Source: Octopus vulgaris
Lineage: Eukaryota
NCBI GenBank assembly: GCA_951406725.2
Contig: OX597821.1
Span: forward strand, 118,296,001-118,360,000
Direction: 5' to 3'
Length of the DNA: 64,000 bases
The notes below the pieces were generated by a model. The model ran no database searches. It was not told where the DNA came from and saw only the letters and a program-made list of their open reading frames with translations. Shown here piece after piece: positions 13,346 through 26,824 of the stretch. A program made the position numbers and the translations under genes. Each line of letters begins with the position of its first letter. Positions within the stretch are counted from its first letter, which is position 1.

Positions 13346-13589
13346 CTGTCTAATCCACTTTGGTAAAAATGTACGACGATGTAGATCAGCAATTTCCATG
13401 GGATATAATCGGAAAGGATAACGAAGACAAAATGTTATAGTTTTGAAATGATTGATAAAATATAAGACATTCATAAGTATTCCACCGTTTCCTAACTTAA
13501 TACTCAAATGTTTACACATTCATAAATATGTTATACAATTAGAAACAGTATAACGGTTTCAACAGATCATTTGTTATGTTAATTCCTTT

Positions 13590-14070
13590 GATTCCACGCG
13601 GAGAACCCGGCACCAACAAACGCTCCCCACCATCTGTCTTGCTTTTGCAATGGATTACAGTTGTCAGCAGGTATAGCCGCCAACCATTGTGCTTCAGTTT
13701 CTGTGGACCTCCTCCACGCTGGTTTTGGTTAGCCACGCTTCCGTCTCCCCTGGGGTATCCATCGGAGGGATTGCTTTGAAATGCTGAATACAGGTTTCTG
13801 TACAATGTGTCCCAACCCACCCCATTTCATCCTCTTGGTCTGAGTTTCAACAGGTTGCTGGTTAGCCTGTTCCTACAAGATTTTGTTGGTGAATCTGCTT
13901 TGCTATCTCACTCGAGGGATGTTCAAGAGACATTCATTCGCAATCGTTTGACGCTTGTTGATGGGGAGCTAAGTAATTCACTGTTTCACACGTGCACAAC
14001 AAAACCGTCTTCACGAACATGTTAAGGATCCTGCGTTTTGTGATTGTTGACAAGGTCTGTAATCTCTAAA
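13590..14070 (-). mobile_element. probable RTE-like LINE 5' region
   Basis: GC-richer island. The minus-strand gcacaatggttggcggc...ggtggggagcg resembles RTE 5' UTRs (recalled similarity only). Confidence 0.35.
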
Positions 14071-14199
14071 TGAGTTAAAAGTACTCCTGTTTTTGGAGTG
14101 CTCAGTCACTTGCATATTAATTTCATGAGCAGGCTATTCTGTTGATCGGATCAACGGGAACCCTTGCTTTTATATGCTTAGTTTTCTATAAATAGAATA

Positions 14200-14588
14200 G
14201 ACTTTTGGCGTGTGATCTACAAGGGAGATTACTTTAGCTTACTTTTTAGTTTACTTTTCAATTTTGCATTTTTACAAGAAACCAGCACTAAATTCACATC
14301 ATTTCCAATGAAAAAGAAAGGTGCCACTTTGCCGTGTGATCTATAATTTAAAGAGAAATTACTTTAGGTTACTTGTGTTGGTGCTAAATTTTGTGTGATC
14401 TATGTGAGCAAATTTACTTTGGTTGGTGATCTACGTGCATATTTTTAATTATTATATGGTTTTCTTGTTATTAAAATAGTAAGAATTTCGAAAAAATACA
14501 TTTAAAATGCTAAGTATGTGCAAAATAATTAAAACTTAACCTAGAGTAATCTCCTTTGTAGATCACACGCCAAAGTAGCACCATCTTA
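14200..14588. mobile_element. MITE-like inverted-repeat element
   Basis: ttggcgtgtgatctacaagggagattacttta and ggtgccactttgccgtgtgatcta are inverted relative to tagagtaatctcctttgtagatcacacgccaaagtagcacc; internal gtgatcta repeats. Confidence 0.55.
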
Positions 14589-14607
14589 CATTCACTTTAA
14601 GGATACA

Positions 14608-14930
14608 TATTTCTTTACAACCCACAAGGGGTTAAACACAGAGGGGACAAACAAGGACAGACAAACGGATTAAGTCGATTACATCGACCACAGTGCGTAA
14701 CTGGTACTTAATTTATCGACCCCGAAAATATGAAAGGCAAAGTCGAACTCGGCGGAATTTGAACTCAGAACGTAACGGCAGACAAAATACCTATTTCTTT
14801 ATTACCCACAAGGGGCTAAACATAGAGGGTCAAACAAGGACAGACATAGGTATTAAGTCGATTACATCGACCCCAGTACGTAACTGGTACTTAATTTATC
14901 GACCCCGAAAGTATGAAAGGCAAAGTTGAC
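14608..14930 (-). mobile_element. tandem SINE A units, 5'-truncated
   Basis: Two bodies joined by aaatacctatttcttt; flanked by the direct repeat actttaaggatac. Confidence 0.85.
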
Positions 14931-15367
14931 TTTAAGGATACTGCGTCATCCTTGCTAACGACCAATAACGCAACGATGATCTTCAGCAAACGCGCAGATA
15001 TGCAAACTCACGATTTAAAAATATGTCGTTGATATTTATTGATTTAGAAAAACGGGTTATGGTAGTAAAAGAGAGTAAACCAACGATGTAGATTTAAAAA
15101 TAATCGTTTCTAATATAAATGCAAAGCCACAAATGTCAAGGCCAGGTTTATGTGATTATATCGATCTAGTACTTTATTTTATCGATCCCACTGTAGAATG
15201 ATAAAGAGCAATATTAACCGCGTTGGGAAAAGTTTGAACTCAGAGCGTAAGGAAGAGGATTTGAACAAAGACTGTTAAGCATTTTGCGTGACGCTTTAAC
15301 GTTTGTGAACATTTCGTAATCCGAGCAGACGATTCTTCCTGTAGATGTTTGTAGTTTTTATACGTTT

Positions 15368-15545
15368 TCTTTTATTCTTTTATTTGTTTCAGTCATTTGA
15401 TCGCGGCCATGCTGGAGCACCGCCTTTAGTCGAACAAATTGACCCCAGGACTTATTCTTTGTAAGCCTAGTACATAATTCTATCAGTCATTTTTGCCGAA
15501 CTACTAAGTTGCAGGGACGTAGACACGTCACCATCGGTTGTCAAG

Positions 15546-15587
<42 letters not shown>

Positions 15588-15748
15588 GACGGGCTTCTTT
15601 CAGTTTCCGTCTACTAAATCCACTCACAAGGCTATGGTCGGCCAGAAGCTATAATAGAAGACACTTGCCCAAGGTGCCTCGCAGTGGGACTGAACCCGGA
15701 ACCATGCTGTTAGTAAGCAAGCTACTTACCACACAGCCACTCCTGCGT
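15368..15748 (-). mobile_element. SINE family B
   Basis: Full head-to-tail match to family B. Confidence 0.85.
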
Positions 15749-16097
15749 TGGCACGATATTTCATTTAATTGCAAGTAAATGTAAGGTAAAAAGGTGTGTG
15801 TGTGTGTGTGTTTGCGTGGTTATTGGCTTTGTTTACAGAAAAGGGGTGTTTAAAAGGCCTTTGTGTTTAATAATTGAAAAGTAAACTGATGACAGCAGGT
15901 AAAAAAAGAAAGAAAACACGAATAAGAAGATAAGAAGGAACTAATTCCAAAGAGTCAATGTTATCGGGAAGAGTGGGATAAAAAAAAAACAAGAAAAAAA
16001 CACCGGGCTATCAAGACTAGAGTGCTTTTAATTATAGTTGGATTCAATGTTGGTTGACGTGGCGTTAAACAATAAAATTAACAAGAGAAAATGAATA

Positions 16098-16335
16098 GGA
16101 TCTTTTCGGTTTGAACGGCAGTTCTTTTAAAAAATAATTTCCACGTAACTGAACACATTTAAACTTCGTATACTGGTAGAATGTGTTTATAAAACATTTT
16201 TTTCTCTTGGGTTTATTGAGACATCTTTTTCTCTTGGCTTTATTGAGAAAATTCTATAGTTTGTAAGATATTTGTTGTTTTTTTTCTTCAGTTTCTGCAA
16301 TTTCAACCAATCAGTAGGACAGCTAATCACGTCAT
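16098..16335 (-). mobile_element. partial copy of the MITE at 21435-21844
   Basis: Begins ta-ggatcttttcggtttgaacggcag and matches the reverse complement of ~21655-21844. Confidence 0.8.
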
Positions 16336-16699
16336 TTCTGGTTGCCCTCTCCACACTAAGATCGAGTTTATCAGCAGACACTGTTGAAAAGCGACTATAT
16401 CCCTTGGACAACATACAGACAGCTTCGACATCAAAACGAATAAGGAATGACAAATGGAAGCATACACCAAAAACGGTACACAGTAACGAATTGGAGAAAA
16501 CATTTGTAAATAGAGATAACTAGAACGTGAGGAATACAATGAGAAAAAAAATAAAGCAAAATGTACCTTTGAAATGATTTAAAACGAAACTAGTACATAG
16601 GTATTGTAACCCCGGACATACATAACCGTACAGACTGACAAAGGATCTCAAAGTAAACCTACAAGGAAGTGAACAAAAACCTCTGCACCATGATAGATA

Positions 16700-16930
16700 C
16701 CTCGAACCCTTCTGAGCAAAACATTCATTCGCGAGGAAGTCGAGAAAGTGTGAAAATACAAGTAACTTGAAATAGAAATCTTAATCTGATGCAAGGCTTA
16801 AAAGTCAATGAAAATTGCAGCGTTAGGTGTGATAACTAAGAACATGAAGAAATGTATAAAAGCTACATCAAGGTTCACAACTCTGCATAGGATACAAAAA
16901 ATAACCTTGCGATGCACAACTCGCTTGTTA
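16700..16930 (+). pseudogene. decayed C-terminus of an R4/Dong-type RLE LINE
   Basis: Translation fragments EVEKV*KYK*LEIEI and ALGVITKNMKKCIK...IQKITLRCT match the RLE C-terminal pattern. Confidence 0.5.
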
Positions 16931-17225
16931 TCTTTTTATTCTTTAATCTTTTAGGTGTTTCAATCATTAGACTGCGGTCATGCTGGGGCACCGCCTTGAA
17001 GAATTTTAGTCGACCGAATCGAACCTAGTAGGGACACAAACGCACCACCATCGGTTGTCAAGCGGTGGTTGGACACACACACACATACACGCACGCACGC
17101 ACTCATACACATATACGACTGGCTTCTTTCAGTTTCTGTCTATTAAATCCCACTCACAAGTCATTGGTCGGTCCGAGGTTATAGTTGAAAACTCTTGCAC
17201 AAGGTGCCATGTCACACAGCCACAA
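16930..17225 (-). mobile_element. SINE family B (degenerate)
   Basis: Family B motifs with deletions. Confidence 0.7.
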
Positions 17226-17360
17226 CGTACTATTCCAACTCACACAATACAAAATCTCTACAAAGAACAATTCGCGAAATCCTCACTCAAAACATTTCTA
17301 CAACCGACACAGGATGAACTCCACAAAATCACAGCCAATCAGCCAATAATATAACACACT

Positions 17361-17580
17361 AAGGCGGTGAGCTGGCAGAATCTTTAGCACGCCGGGGCAA
17401 ATGCATGCTTAGCAATATTTCTTCAGACTTTAAGTTCAAATGCCGTCGGGGTCAACTTTGCCTTTCATCCTTTCAAGGTTGATAAAATAAGTACCAGTTG
17501 AGAATTGGGGTCGATTACATCGACCCCCCCCCCCCCGCCGCCCACGAAATTACTGGCCGTGTGTCAAAATGTGAAACCAA
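17361..17580 (+). mobile_element. SINE family A variant
   Basis: aaggcggtgagctggcagaatc head, body, and a C-rich alternative tail. Confidence 0.75.
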
Positions 17581-17691
17581 ACCAATAACGTAGCAACCTA
17601 TAAATCACGTATTCTATAGCCGCAATCATTACATAATCAAGTCAACACACAGATAATCCATACCCGAAATTAAATGCACCCCTATATAATA

Positions 17692-17743
<52 letters not shown>

Positions 17744-18345
17744 AACAGAGAGGGAGAGAGAGATGCGTTTAGGAGTGCTTTGTTCTTAGGGTGCGAGGTG
17801 TAACTCTTTATATAGTGGTAGATAATGGTTTCAAATTTTGTTACAAGGCAGTTTTAAGGGAAAGGAATACTTCGATTACATCGATCCCAATTATTTTATC
17901 AACCCCCGAAAGGATGAAAAGCAAAGTGGACCTCGGCGGAATTTGAACTTGGAACAACGTAAAAATCCAGATTAAATGCTACTGAGCATTTTATCCGACC
18001 TGCTAACGATTCTACCAATTAGACTCTTACAATGGTGGATACTGGGCTCCTTAGATTTCGGTTTTAGTTCTTTGATTCCATAGGGAGCTGATCTGTAGTT
18101 GTGGCCACACTACGGCCTGCGGCAGTGTGAAGTGAGCTATTTTGAATTATTCGTAGTTTATTGATGGTCGTTATAAAGAGATTAGAGACACAGGACGAGC
18201 TTGAATGATACGTGATAGATTATTTGGATACTAGTTTTGTATCTCCGTGGTGGCCAAATGTGGAATAGACTTGGTGGATTTAGTGTCTATTTGATAAACG
18301 ATGGGGTGTTGGTAAATGCAAAAATTCATGCAAGCATCGATGATT

Positions 18346-18970
18346 TTGGCAGAAACGTTAGTACGCCGGGCGAAATGCTTAGTGGTATTTCGTTTGCCGC
18401 TACGTTCTGAGTTCAAATTCCGCCGAGGTCGACTTTGCCTTTCATCCTTTCGTGGTCGATAAATTGAGTACCTGTTACGCACAGAGGTCGATGTAATCGA
18501 CTTAATCTCTTTGTCTGTACTTATTTGTCCCCTCTATGTTTAGCCCCTGGTGAGCAATAAAGAAAGAAGAAACGTTAGCACGCCGGGCGAAATGCGTAGC
18601 CGTATTTCGTCTGTCGTTACGTTCTGAGTTCAAATGCAGCCGAGGTCAACTTTGCCTTTCATCCTTTCGGGGTCGATAAATTAGGTACCAGTTACGCACT
18701 GGGGTCGATATAATCGACTTAATACCTATGTCTGTCCTTGTTTGTCCCTTCTATGTTTAGCCCCTTGTGGGTAATAAAGAAATAGGTATTTCGTTTGCCG
18801 CTATCGTTCTGAGTTCAAATTCCGCCGAGGTCGACTTTGCCTTTCATCCTTTCGAGGTCGATAAATTAAGTACCAGTTACGCACTGGGGTCAATATAATC
18901 GACTTGATCCGTTTGTCTATCCTTGTTTGTCCTCTCTGTGTTTAGCCCCTTGTGGCTAGTAAAGAAATAT
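18346..18970 (+). mobile_element. tandem array of three SINE A units
   Basis: Three bodies; junction aaagaaata|ggtatttcg at ~18785. Confidence 0.85.
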
Positions 18971-19692
18971 ATTCTGTCAGGTTCTGAGATTTTTTTTAGC
19001 TCAGGGATTTTCGTAACTTCCCTGTTGTCCAATGAAAATTCAGATCACGGTGACGATATAGATGAAGTTATGAATCTCGTGTTTCTCGTTTCTGTATTCT
19101 TTGTGTTACTTTTGTTGATCAATTTTTTAAAAACCTATTTAATGAATGATTTTACTCGCTGTTATTGCTTGAGCACATCACATAAAATTGCTATTGGGTG
19201 GTGTGATGTGACCTGACTGTTGTTATAAGTAGGATGTTGCTAATTGTTCTGTAAGGCACGGCAGCTGGCGGAATCATTAGCACATTGAACGCAATGACTA
19301 GCGGCATTTCTTTCGGCTCATTACGTTCTGAGTTCAAATCGCATTGACGGCAACTTTGCCAGTCAGCCCTTCCAGGTCGATAATATAAAATACCAATCGA
19401 TTACCAGGGTCGATGTTATCGACTTGTTCTATAGTCTCAAAATTGTTGGTCTTGAACCCTTTAACGGAGCAGTATTTCTCATTCAAGTGCATGTTGTGAT
19501 CTCGGTCACTTTGCCCCATGGAAATCGGGTAACTGGTCTTATGAGCCCTAAGGTTCAAGAAAAAAAAATTGTTTTGTACGTTATTGTACTGTTTGTTTTC
19601 TTTTTATTTCTGAAGCACAATGAACTCTACCAGTTTCCTAATATACTTTGGTTTTTTATTTATTTGTGTTAATTGATGTTTCTCCTGTTTAA

Positions 19693-20100
19693 AGTGGTGA
19701 GCTGGCAGAATCGTTACTGCGCTGGAAAAAAATGTTTATCGGCTTTTCTTTCGTCTATACGTTCTGATTTCAAATGCCACTGGGGGCGAAATTGCCTTTC
19801 ATCCTTTCGGAGTCGGTAAAATAAAATACCTATTTCTTTATTACCCACAAGGGGCTAAACATAGAGGGGACAAACAAGGGCAGACATAGGTATTAAGTCG
19901 ATTACATCGACCCCAGTGCGTAACTGGTACTTAATTCCTCGACCCCGAAAGGATGAAAGGTAAAGTCGACCTCGGCGGAATTTGAACTCACAATGTAACG
20001 GCAGCATTTCGCCTGGCGTGCTAACGATTCTACCAGCTTGAATATTGGGATCGATATATTCTACGTATCCCTCCCCGAAATACTGACTTTCAGCCAAGAT
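19693..20100. mobile_element. SINE A (+) abutting SINE A (-)
   Basis: Plus-strand copy ~19693-19830, minus-strand copy ~19830-20040. Confidence 0.75.
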
Positions 20101-20699
20101 TTGAAGCCATTACTCTTGTTGTGCATGGTGTTGGGGCGTTGTGTTTAAAGTTACCTTTAATCTTCATCGGGTTTGGCTATTATAATTACATAATTAAGGT
20201 TGTAATTGAGAAGTATGTTAGCGTTATTGTTTTTGCTTTCTACAATTATTTTCATGAATGTATATAAGACACTAATTATGTAACTAATTGTATTGGTGTT
20301 GAAGTCTAACAACTTTAATTCTGTTTGTTGGACTAGTTTTCGCATAGCTAGGGAGGGCGATGGAGTCGGTCTACCCGGGCGTCACTTACATGGGAGTGGC
20401 AGTTTGGGCTCAACTCAATTAGCCTGAGTAGAAAAGGGCGGCAAGCTTAAGGACTGACCCAGGCGGCACACACACTAGTTACGTCACTGAGTTCTCGTGA
20501 GGCTGTGACAAGATTTTGTTTCGAATATTTTTATGATGATGTAGTGATGGTCATGACTGTCTACTTATTACGGTTTTCTTTTCTGAGGCAATGTTTTCTA
20601 TCACCCCCTGTTGTAAGGACACATTAGATAATGTAATCCTATGTGTTCCTAAAAAGACAGAGTTGGTTAGGGCACAGCTAGAATAACATCGGTAACAAG

Positions 20700-21125
20700 T
20701 TTTGGCACAAAACTAGCAAAGTCGGGGGTGGAGTTAGTCGATTACATTGACTCCCCCCACCAGTGCATGACTGGTACTTATTTTATCGAACTCATGAAAA
20801 AAATCAAAGGTAAATTCGATCTTGGCGGAATTTGAACTCAGAACGTAAAGACGGACGAAATGCCGCCCGGTGTGCTAACGATTCTGCCAGCTCGCCGCCT
20901 TTTGAACAATATTGGTTTCAAATTTTGCTACAAGGGCAGTAATTTTGGGGGAGGGGATGAGTCGATTACATTAACCCCAGTGTTCGACTGGTACTTGTTC
21001 AACCCCGAAAGGATGAAAGGTAAAGTCGACCTCGGTTGAATTTGAACTCAGAACGTAAAGATGGACGAAATGTCGTTAAGGATTTTGCTCGGCGGTGCTA
21101 AGGATTCTGCCCACTCGCCGCCGGA
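20700..21125 (-). mobile_element. two SINE A variant copies
   Basis: Two gaatttgaactcagaacgtaaag...ctcgccgcc units. Confidence 0.75.
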
Positions 21126-21434
21126 ATAATAATGATTGCAGATCTACTGGACCGATATTGGCCAAACGATTAGAACAACAAAAACAACATTTATGTAAAG
21201 GTCATTAAATGCCCTCACTGCCTCATACATCACAATAAACGAACAGTTATTCTAAGTGAGCCAACGAGGGAACCTCTATGAGGTTGGTTGACATGAAAGA
21301 AATAGTAACCAGGTTTCGCTCAAACCACATTCTACAGTCTTAAGAGAGAAGGGGAGAGAAGGAGAGAGTGACCGGGAAGAGAATGGGAGGGAGATAGATA
21401 GATAAATATACATACATTCATACATACATACATA

Positions 21435-21842
21435 GGATCTTTTCAGTTTGACCGGCAGTTTTTTCTAGCGGTGTCATATGAAATTATCACCCATAATTAT
21501 GACCCTAGTATCGATCTATTGCATTTCAATCTGTTTTAGGGTTAGGGGTGGGGGAAAGGGTATCTTTTTTCTTCAGAAATGTAAATAAACACATTTTGTT
21601 TCTTAAACGAGGGACATATTCATACGGCACAGAATGTTTTCACCTCAATTGACGTCATTGATTGGTTGAAATTGCAGAAATTGAAGAAAAACAACAACAA
21701 ATATCTTACAAACTATAGAAATTTCTCAATAAAGACAAGAGAAAAAGATGTTTTATAAACACATTCTACCAGTATACGAAGTTTAAAAGTGTTTAGTTAC
21801 ATGGAAATTATTTTAAAAAACTGCCGTTCAAACCGAAAAGAT

Positions 21843-21844
<2 letters not shown>
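21435..21844. mobile_element. MITE with ~30-bp TIRs, TA-flanked
   Basis: ggatcttttcagtttgaccggcagtttttt ... aaaaaactgccgttcaaaccgaaaagatcc. Confidence 0.88.
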
Positions 21845-21875
<31 letters not shown>

Positions 21876-21988
21876 CTTTGATAGGTTTCGGCCAGTATTG
21901 GCCCAGGCCATGTCAAAACTCAATAGCATCACCCGGTGAAGTCTTTTAGTTATATATGGGGCACCAGAGCCCACTCTATATATACATA

Positions 21989-22045
<57 letters not shown>

Positions 22046-22533
22046 TTTTGTTGATAGGGATGATGTTGTGGATGTTATCCAGATACTTCTCCGTCAGCAA
22101 TTGCAATGAGGCGACTAAAACAACATGTAGGTTAAAGAGACTTGTAACACTCCTTATACAAGCAATCAGCTGCGATCAAATCGCTTTCATTTGTTTCCTC
22201 CCATCGTTTAGAATAGAAATAACTATTTAGATTACGCCAAACAAGTGTAATGAAAGTTAATTATGAATCAAAAGAGAGAAAGAAGCAGAAGCAGATAAGA
22301 AGTTTGCACTCTTGTGATTGCTGTCGAATTCGCAAACAAAATCTCAAGTGCAAGGAATATGTGACACATTAAACGAGTCTCATTAAAACGTACACAAGAA
22401 GTATTTAAAGTAATAGAAGTTTTGTTAGTTACGAAGCAGGAATTAAAAAACACAAAATCAAAAGCTTTCTCTCAGTTGCTATGTGTCGAATGAGAACGTA
22501 ATGTATACGTTTACAAAACTATCAAAGGAAATA

Positions 22534-23063
22534 CCGTAAATCCTCGAGTATAATCCGCATTTTTCCCCAAAATTTAAAGGTCAAAAACCCTAGTGCGTGC
22601 TATATACGAGGTTAACAATGAAAATTATTTTCTAAGCAATGTACGCGTCTCTATTTGCTGACCGGCAGTGTTTTTTTTTGTTTATTCAGACGCATTTTGT
22701 GATGTCGGGCGCGAAAATACCTTAAGCTAAGCCTGAAAGCAATGAAGTCATAAAAGAATCATCCATAACTTGCAGAAAACAACATTTATTAAAATAAAAG
22801 TATTCAGAACACAGAATAACATGTAGCAAAAACAATTTGCAAACATATTTACATTCCCATATAACAGTTAAGAACATCACCATTATTGTATTACGCATGC
22901 GTGGAAGTGTTTGTTCGACTAGGTGCTACTGGCTTAATTACCCACGACTCAAGTTAGAAAAGGGGTGCGTATTATACACAAGGTTTAGGTTTTTCTGAGG
23001 TACAGCCCCCTAAAACTTCCTTGCGTATTATATTCAAGGGAGACGATACTCGAGGATTTACGG
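22534..23063. mobile_element. Tc2/pogo-like MITE
   Basis: TIRs ccgtaaatcctcgagtat / atactcgaggatttacgg; TA on both sides. Confidence 0.88.
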
Positions 23064-23507
23064 TAAGTTATCAATACATTATAAAATATTGCGAGGCTGT
23101 AAAGATTTTAGATAGCGTGAAAATCAAACATGGTGAAGTATCAGAAATATTTACGAATTAAAATAAGTATTCGCTGTTTCTTTTAGATAAGGCATGCATA
23201 ATGAATGTGCCAGTGAGTCTTTATATGTTTATGCGTGTGTGTGTTGTGTGTTGTGTGTGTGTGTGTTGTGTGTGTGTGTGTTGTGTGTGTATTAATGTTT
23301 GTTTTTATGATCAGTTATAATAAAAACAATTTTACAATGAATTGAAGAATGACTCAATACTTTTTGTAGAGTACATATTTACCATTGATTAACAGGAATA
23401 ATGCCGACAGTGACTTCGAAGTTTCAGCGTGTTTAGCCCTCATTGAATTGTCCGATGAAAGATAAGCAGGCCGAAACTTCGAACAGTATTCTTATAGAGA
23501 ATAATAG

Positions 23508-23545
<38 letters not shown>

Positions 23546-23564
23546 GTGTTTGTGCGCGCGCCTA

Positions 23565-23790
23565 TATTGGGTTCAGTCCCATTGTGTGGCACCTTAGGCA
23601 AGTACCATCTGGTATAGCTTCGGCACGGGCAAAGCCTTGTGAGTGGAAACCGAAAGAAGCCCGTTGTATGCCGAAGTTTCAAAGATAATCTGGAATTAGA
23701 CTGAGGAAAGAAAACTCCGAATGACCTGTCACTCTTTTCTTTGTATTGTCTGTCTGGATGTTTTGCGTTCTTGTCCCATTTTTGTATTTG

Positions 23791-23838
<48 letters not shown>

Positions 23839-24050
23839 CATACATACATATATATATATGTTCGTGTGCTTGTGTTTGTCTCCACCATCACCGATGCTGG
23901 TGTGTTTACGTCCCTGTTCGAACAAAGAGACCGATAGAATAAGTTCAAGGTTTACAAAGAATAAGTTCTGGGGTTGATTTGTTCGACTAAAAGCGGCGCT
24001 CTAGCATGGGCGCAGTCAAAGGACTGAAACAAATAAATGAGTAAAAGAGT
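23565..24050 (+). mobile_element. SINE family B with an extra internal segment
   Basis: gggttcagtccc...gaagcccg, then an unrelated segment at 23670-23790, (TA)n, and the family B 3' half. Confidence 0.7.
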
Positions 24051-24109
24051 ATATAAATATATATATATATATGCCATACTGGCACGAAACATTGCCATAC
24101 TGGCATACT

Positions 24110-24156
<47 letters not shown>

Positions 24157-24184
24157 CATACATGCATACATACACGTGTGCGTT

Positions 24185-24218
<34 letters not shown>

Positions 24219-24301
24219 ATAATAATAAATATTAGGGAATAAATCCAAATTTACAGGGAAAAATCAGATTTAGGATTAAATCCAATTTTATAGTAAAATA
24301 T

Positions 24302-24495
24302 TATAAAATATTATTAGAGACAAAACCACTATTTTGCAAAACAAACAAGGAAAGGCTTAATCAATACATAAAATTTTAATAAATAGTCAAAAAAACCGCC
24401 ACTATTTATTAAAATTTTATGTATTTTATGTATTGATTAAGTCTTTCCTTGTTTGTTTTGCAAAATAGTGGTTTTGTCTCTAATAATATTTTATA
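24302..24495. repeat. long near-perfect inverted repeat (~86-bp arms, 13-nt loop)
   Basis: Arms 24302-24387 and 24401-24495; loop caaaaaaaccgcc. Confidence 0.9.
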
Positions 24496-24743
24496 TATAT
24501 ATATATATACATACATACATACATGCATACATACACGTGTGCGTTTGTGTGTCTATATATATATATATATATATAAAATTCCGCCTAGTGACGTAATGTC
24601 GTAGGTGCGTCCGATAAGTGCTTGGTTTTGTTTATCACTAAAAAGTCCCTCTTGAATTGTAACTAAAACAAAAACAAAAGTGGTGTTGTAGCTGTCGAGC
24701 AAAGAATGCCTATAAGTGGTTCATCATTAAGCAGGCAGATATA

Positions 24744-24960
24744 CGAAGGGGTGCTGAAAAGTTCCTGGCTTTCGGTAGAAGAAAATACAGGAAGATCAGT
24801 TTATTATGATTTTATACAAAATATTCCCTCTCAGATTCACACACTTTCTGCAGTTGTCCTTCAGTTTTTATAAGCCCTGTAAAAAGGACTCAAAAGGCTG
24901 GGCTTCAGACCAGGTCTTTCGCGATACTCGCAAGGCCTGGAAGTTTTCAACACACTCTCG
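24744..24960. mobile_element. mariner-derived MITE
   Basis: TIRs cgaaggggtgctgaaaagttcctggc / gcctggaagttttcaacacactctcg; TA-flanked. Confidence 0.8.
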
Positions 24961-25062
24961 TATATTAAAAAGAAAGAATAAACAAGTAAAATATGTAGTG
25001 TCAATTCAAATATAATCGCAAGGTTGTTAGAGTAAATAAGGGGTTGAGAAATAATGCATATA

Positions 25063-25680
25063 CAGGGTGTGATGGGTCAACTGTCGCCATTCTATATTTT
25101 TAAGTTCGCGCATGCACATGTTCGTTTTTGATTTTGTCGACTACATAGCATAGTAGGGTCAGTTGGGCACCGTCTGTGAGAAAACAGCACCATGATGCAA
25201 TTCACTCTGCCAGAAATTTGGAAGCGACATGCTGTACTGCTTGCCATTCGTGCCGGAAGTTCCAATACAAACAGAAGAGCCGTTTACTTGTCCTGAGTCC
25301 AAAACATGTACCGAAAGTGATAAAATCAAACACCCAGTCAACATCATGGTGTTTGGAGTGATCACTAGTGATGACGATATTATGCATTCATTTATCTTCG
25401 CACACGGGCTAAGACTCAACACGGAGACCTACATCAAGTGCTTGGAGGAGGTAGTCAAGGGGGTGGCTGCTGGAAGACACTGTGCCTGGGGCTGGCAGAC
25501 AATTTCTGCGACCACATCACTCCTAACATCTGGCCACCTAACTCCCCAGGCTGCAACCCATTTGATTACTATGTGTGGGGTGCAGTTGAGCGAGAGACCA
25601 ACAAAACTCCTTCTAACATCAAAGATGAACTGAAGGCAAGGAATATGGCAGCATTCACCAACCTAAACAAAGAGACATAT
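25063..25680 (+). mobile_element. Tc1/mariner-superfamily element remnant (maT/rosa-like), 3' end missing
   Basis: ta-cagggtgtg start; IMVFGVITSD...LNTETYIKCLEEVV and WPPNSPGCNPFDYYVWGAVE transposase motifs. Confidence 0.8.
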
Positions 25681-26824
25681 AAAACTTTGTACGAGATAAT
25701 TGTGATTTTTTTTCTGATTTTAGCTTAAGTTTCAGTAAATTTGATGGGCAGGGCAAGTGAATTATACCGACCTTAGTTTTTTGACTGGTAATAATTTTTG
25801 TGAACCCTGAAAAGATGAATGTAAAATCGTCCTCAGCCGAATTTGAACTAAGAACGTTAAGTACCGGAAGAAATGCTGCTAAGCAATTTTGTTCGATGCG
25901 TTTTGGACACCTGTTGAAATGAAGTACTACAATAGCTAGAAAAAGATGAAAGACGGTATGATCACAGCTAGAAGGCCTATGGTCATAGATCTGCTTGATT
26001 AGAGCTGCCAAGGGGATGATAGCAGCAGCAGCGCAATAGCACTGGCATCTGCTTCTTTTTTAGTACAAACACACCACCTCCATACCACATCGCTTCAACA
26101 TTACTAAACGCTCATGCCTTTCTGCCGTCAGTCAGTCAACAAGCACAGACTCTACTTTAACTACCCCATTCCACCCACAGACTCTCTGCAGTACATAGAG
26201 CGCCATCCTTCGCATCACTCTCACATACCGAATGCATTTCTTAGGAATTCGTACTCTTGGCTTCTTATTGTTCCAGCTTAAATATTCACTGCGACAGTTT
26301 ACAGAAACCAACAACAGCACAACAGAACGAGGAAAGAGCTTATTTGGTCGTTTCCTTTGCTAGAAATACCAACCAAATTTTCCTCTGACGACTGGGTAAT
26401 GTGGTTCTCGATAGATAGCGCCGATTAGAGAGGGTATCAGTCATGATTTTTTTACTAGTGTCGTCGGGTCAAGGAATCCAATGATAAAGGACAATATGCA
26501 ATAACATGTGTGCTGTCGTTATGCACACATGTTATGTCGTGACTCCACTGAATTGTGGGTTCTATAACGCTATTGTAACCTTAAATAAAGGTATTATCAA
26601 AAATAAAATAGTGTCACTTAAAAAAAAAAAATTTCAAAAAGCAAAATCATATTTTGTAAGTCAGTGTTTCCTAAAATGAATTTAATGAAAAATTCTTGGG
26701 ATCTGTGACATGAGGTTTTCTTTAATAAAATTTAACCAACGAGTTTCATTTTAACATACACACACACACACACACACATACACACACATGTAATCATAAT
26801 GAGTTACATATTGTTGTTTCTATA

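Noticed and set aside
20345-20490. Small GC-rich hAT-like MITE pieces (also ~27245-27480 and ~35680-35970)
   Set aside because: Only one cagtg-type end is clear in each; boundaries could not be supported.
21875-21930. ggccGAAAc with a ggcc stem on the minus strand
   Set aside because: The CUGANGA box is not recognisable; at most a relic.
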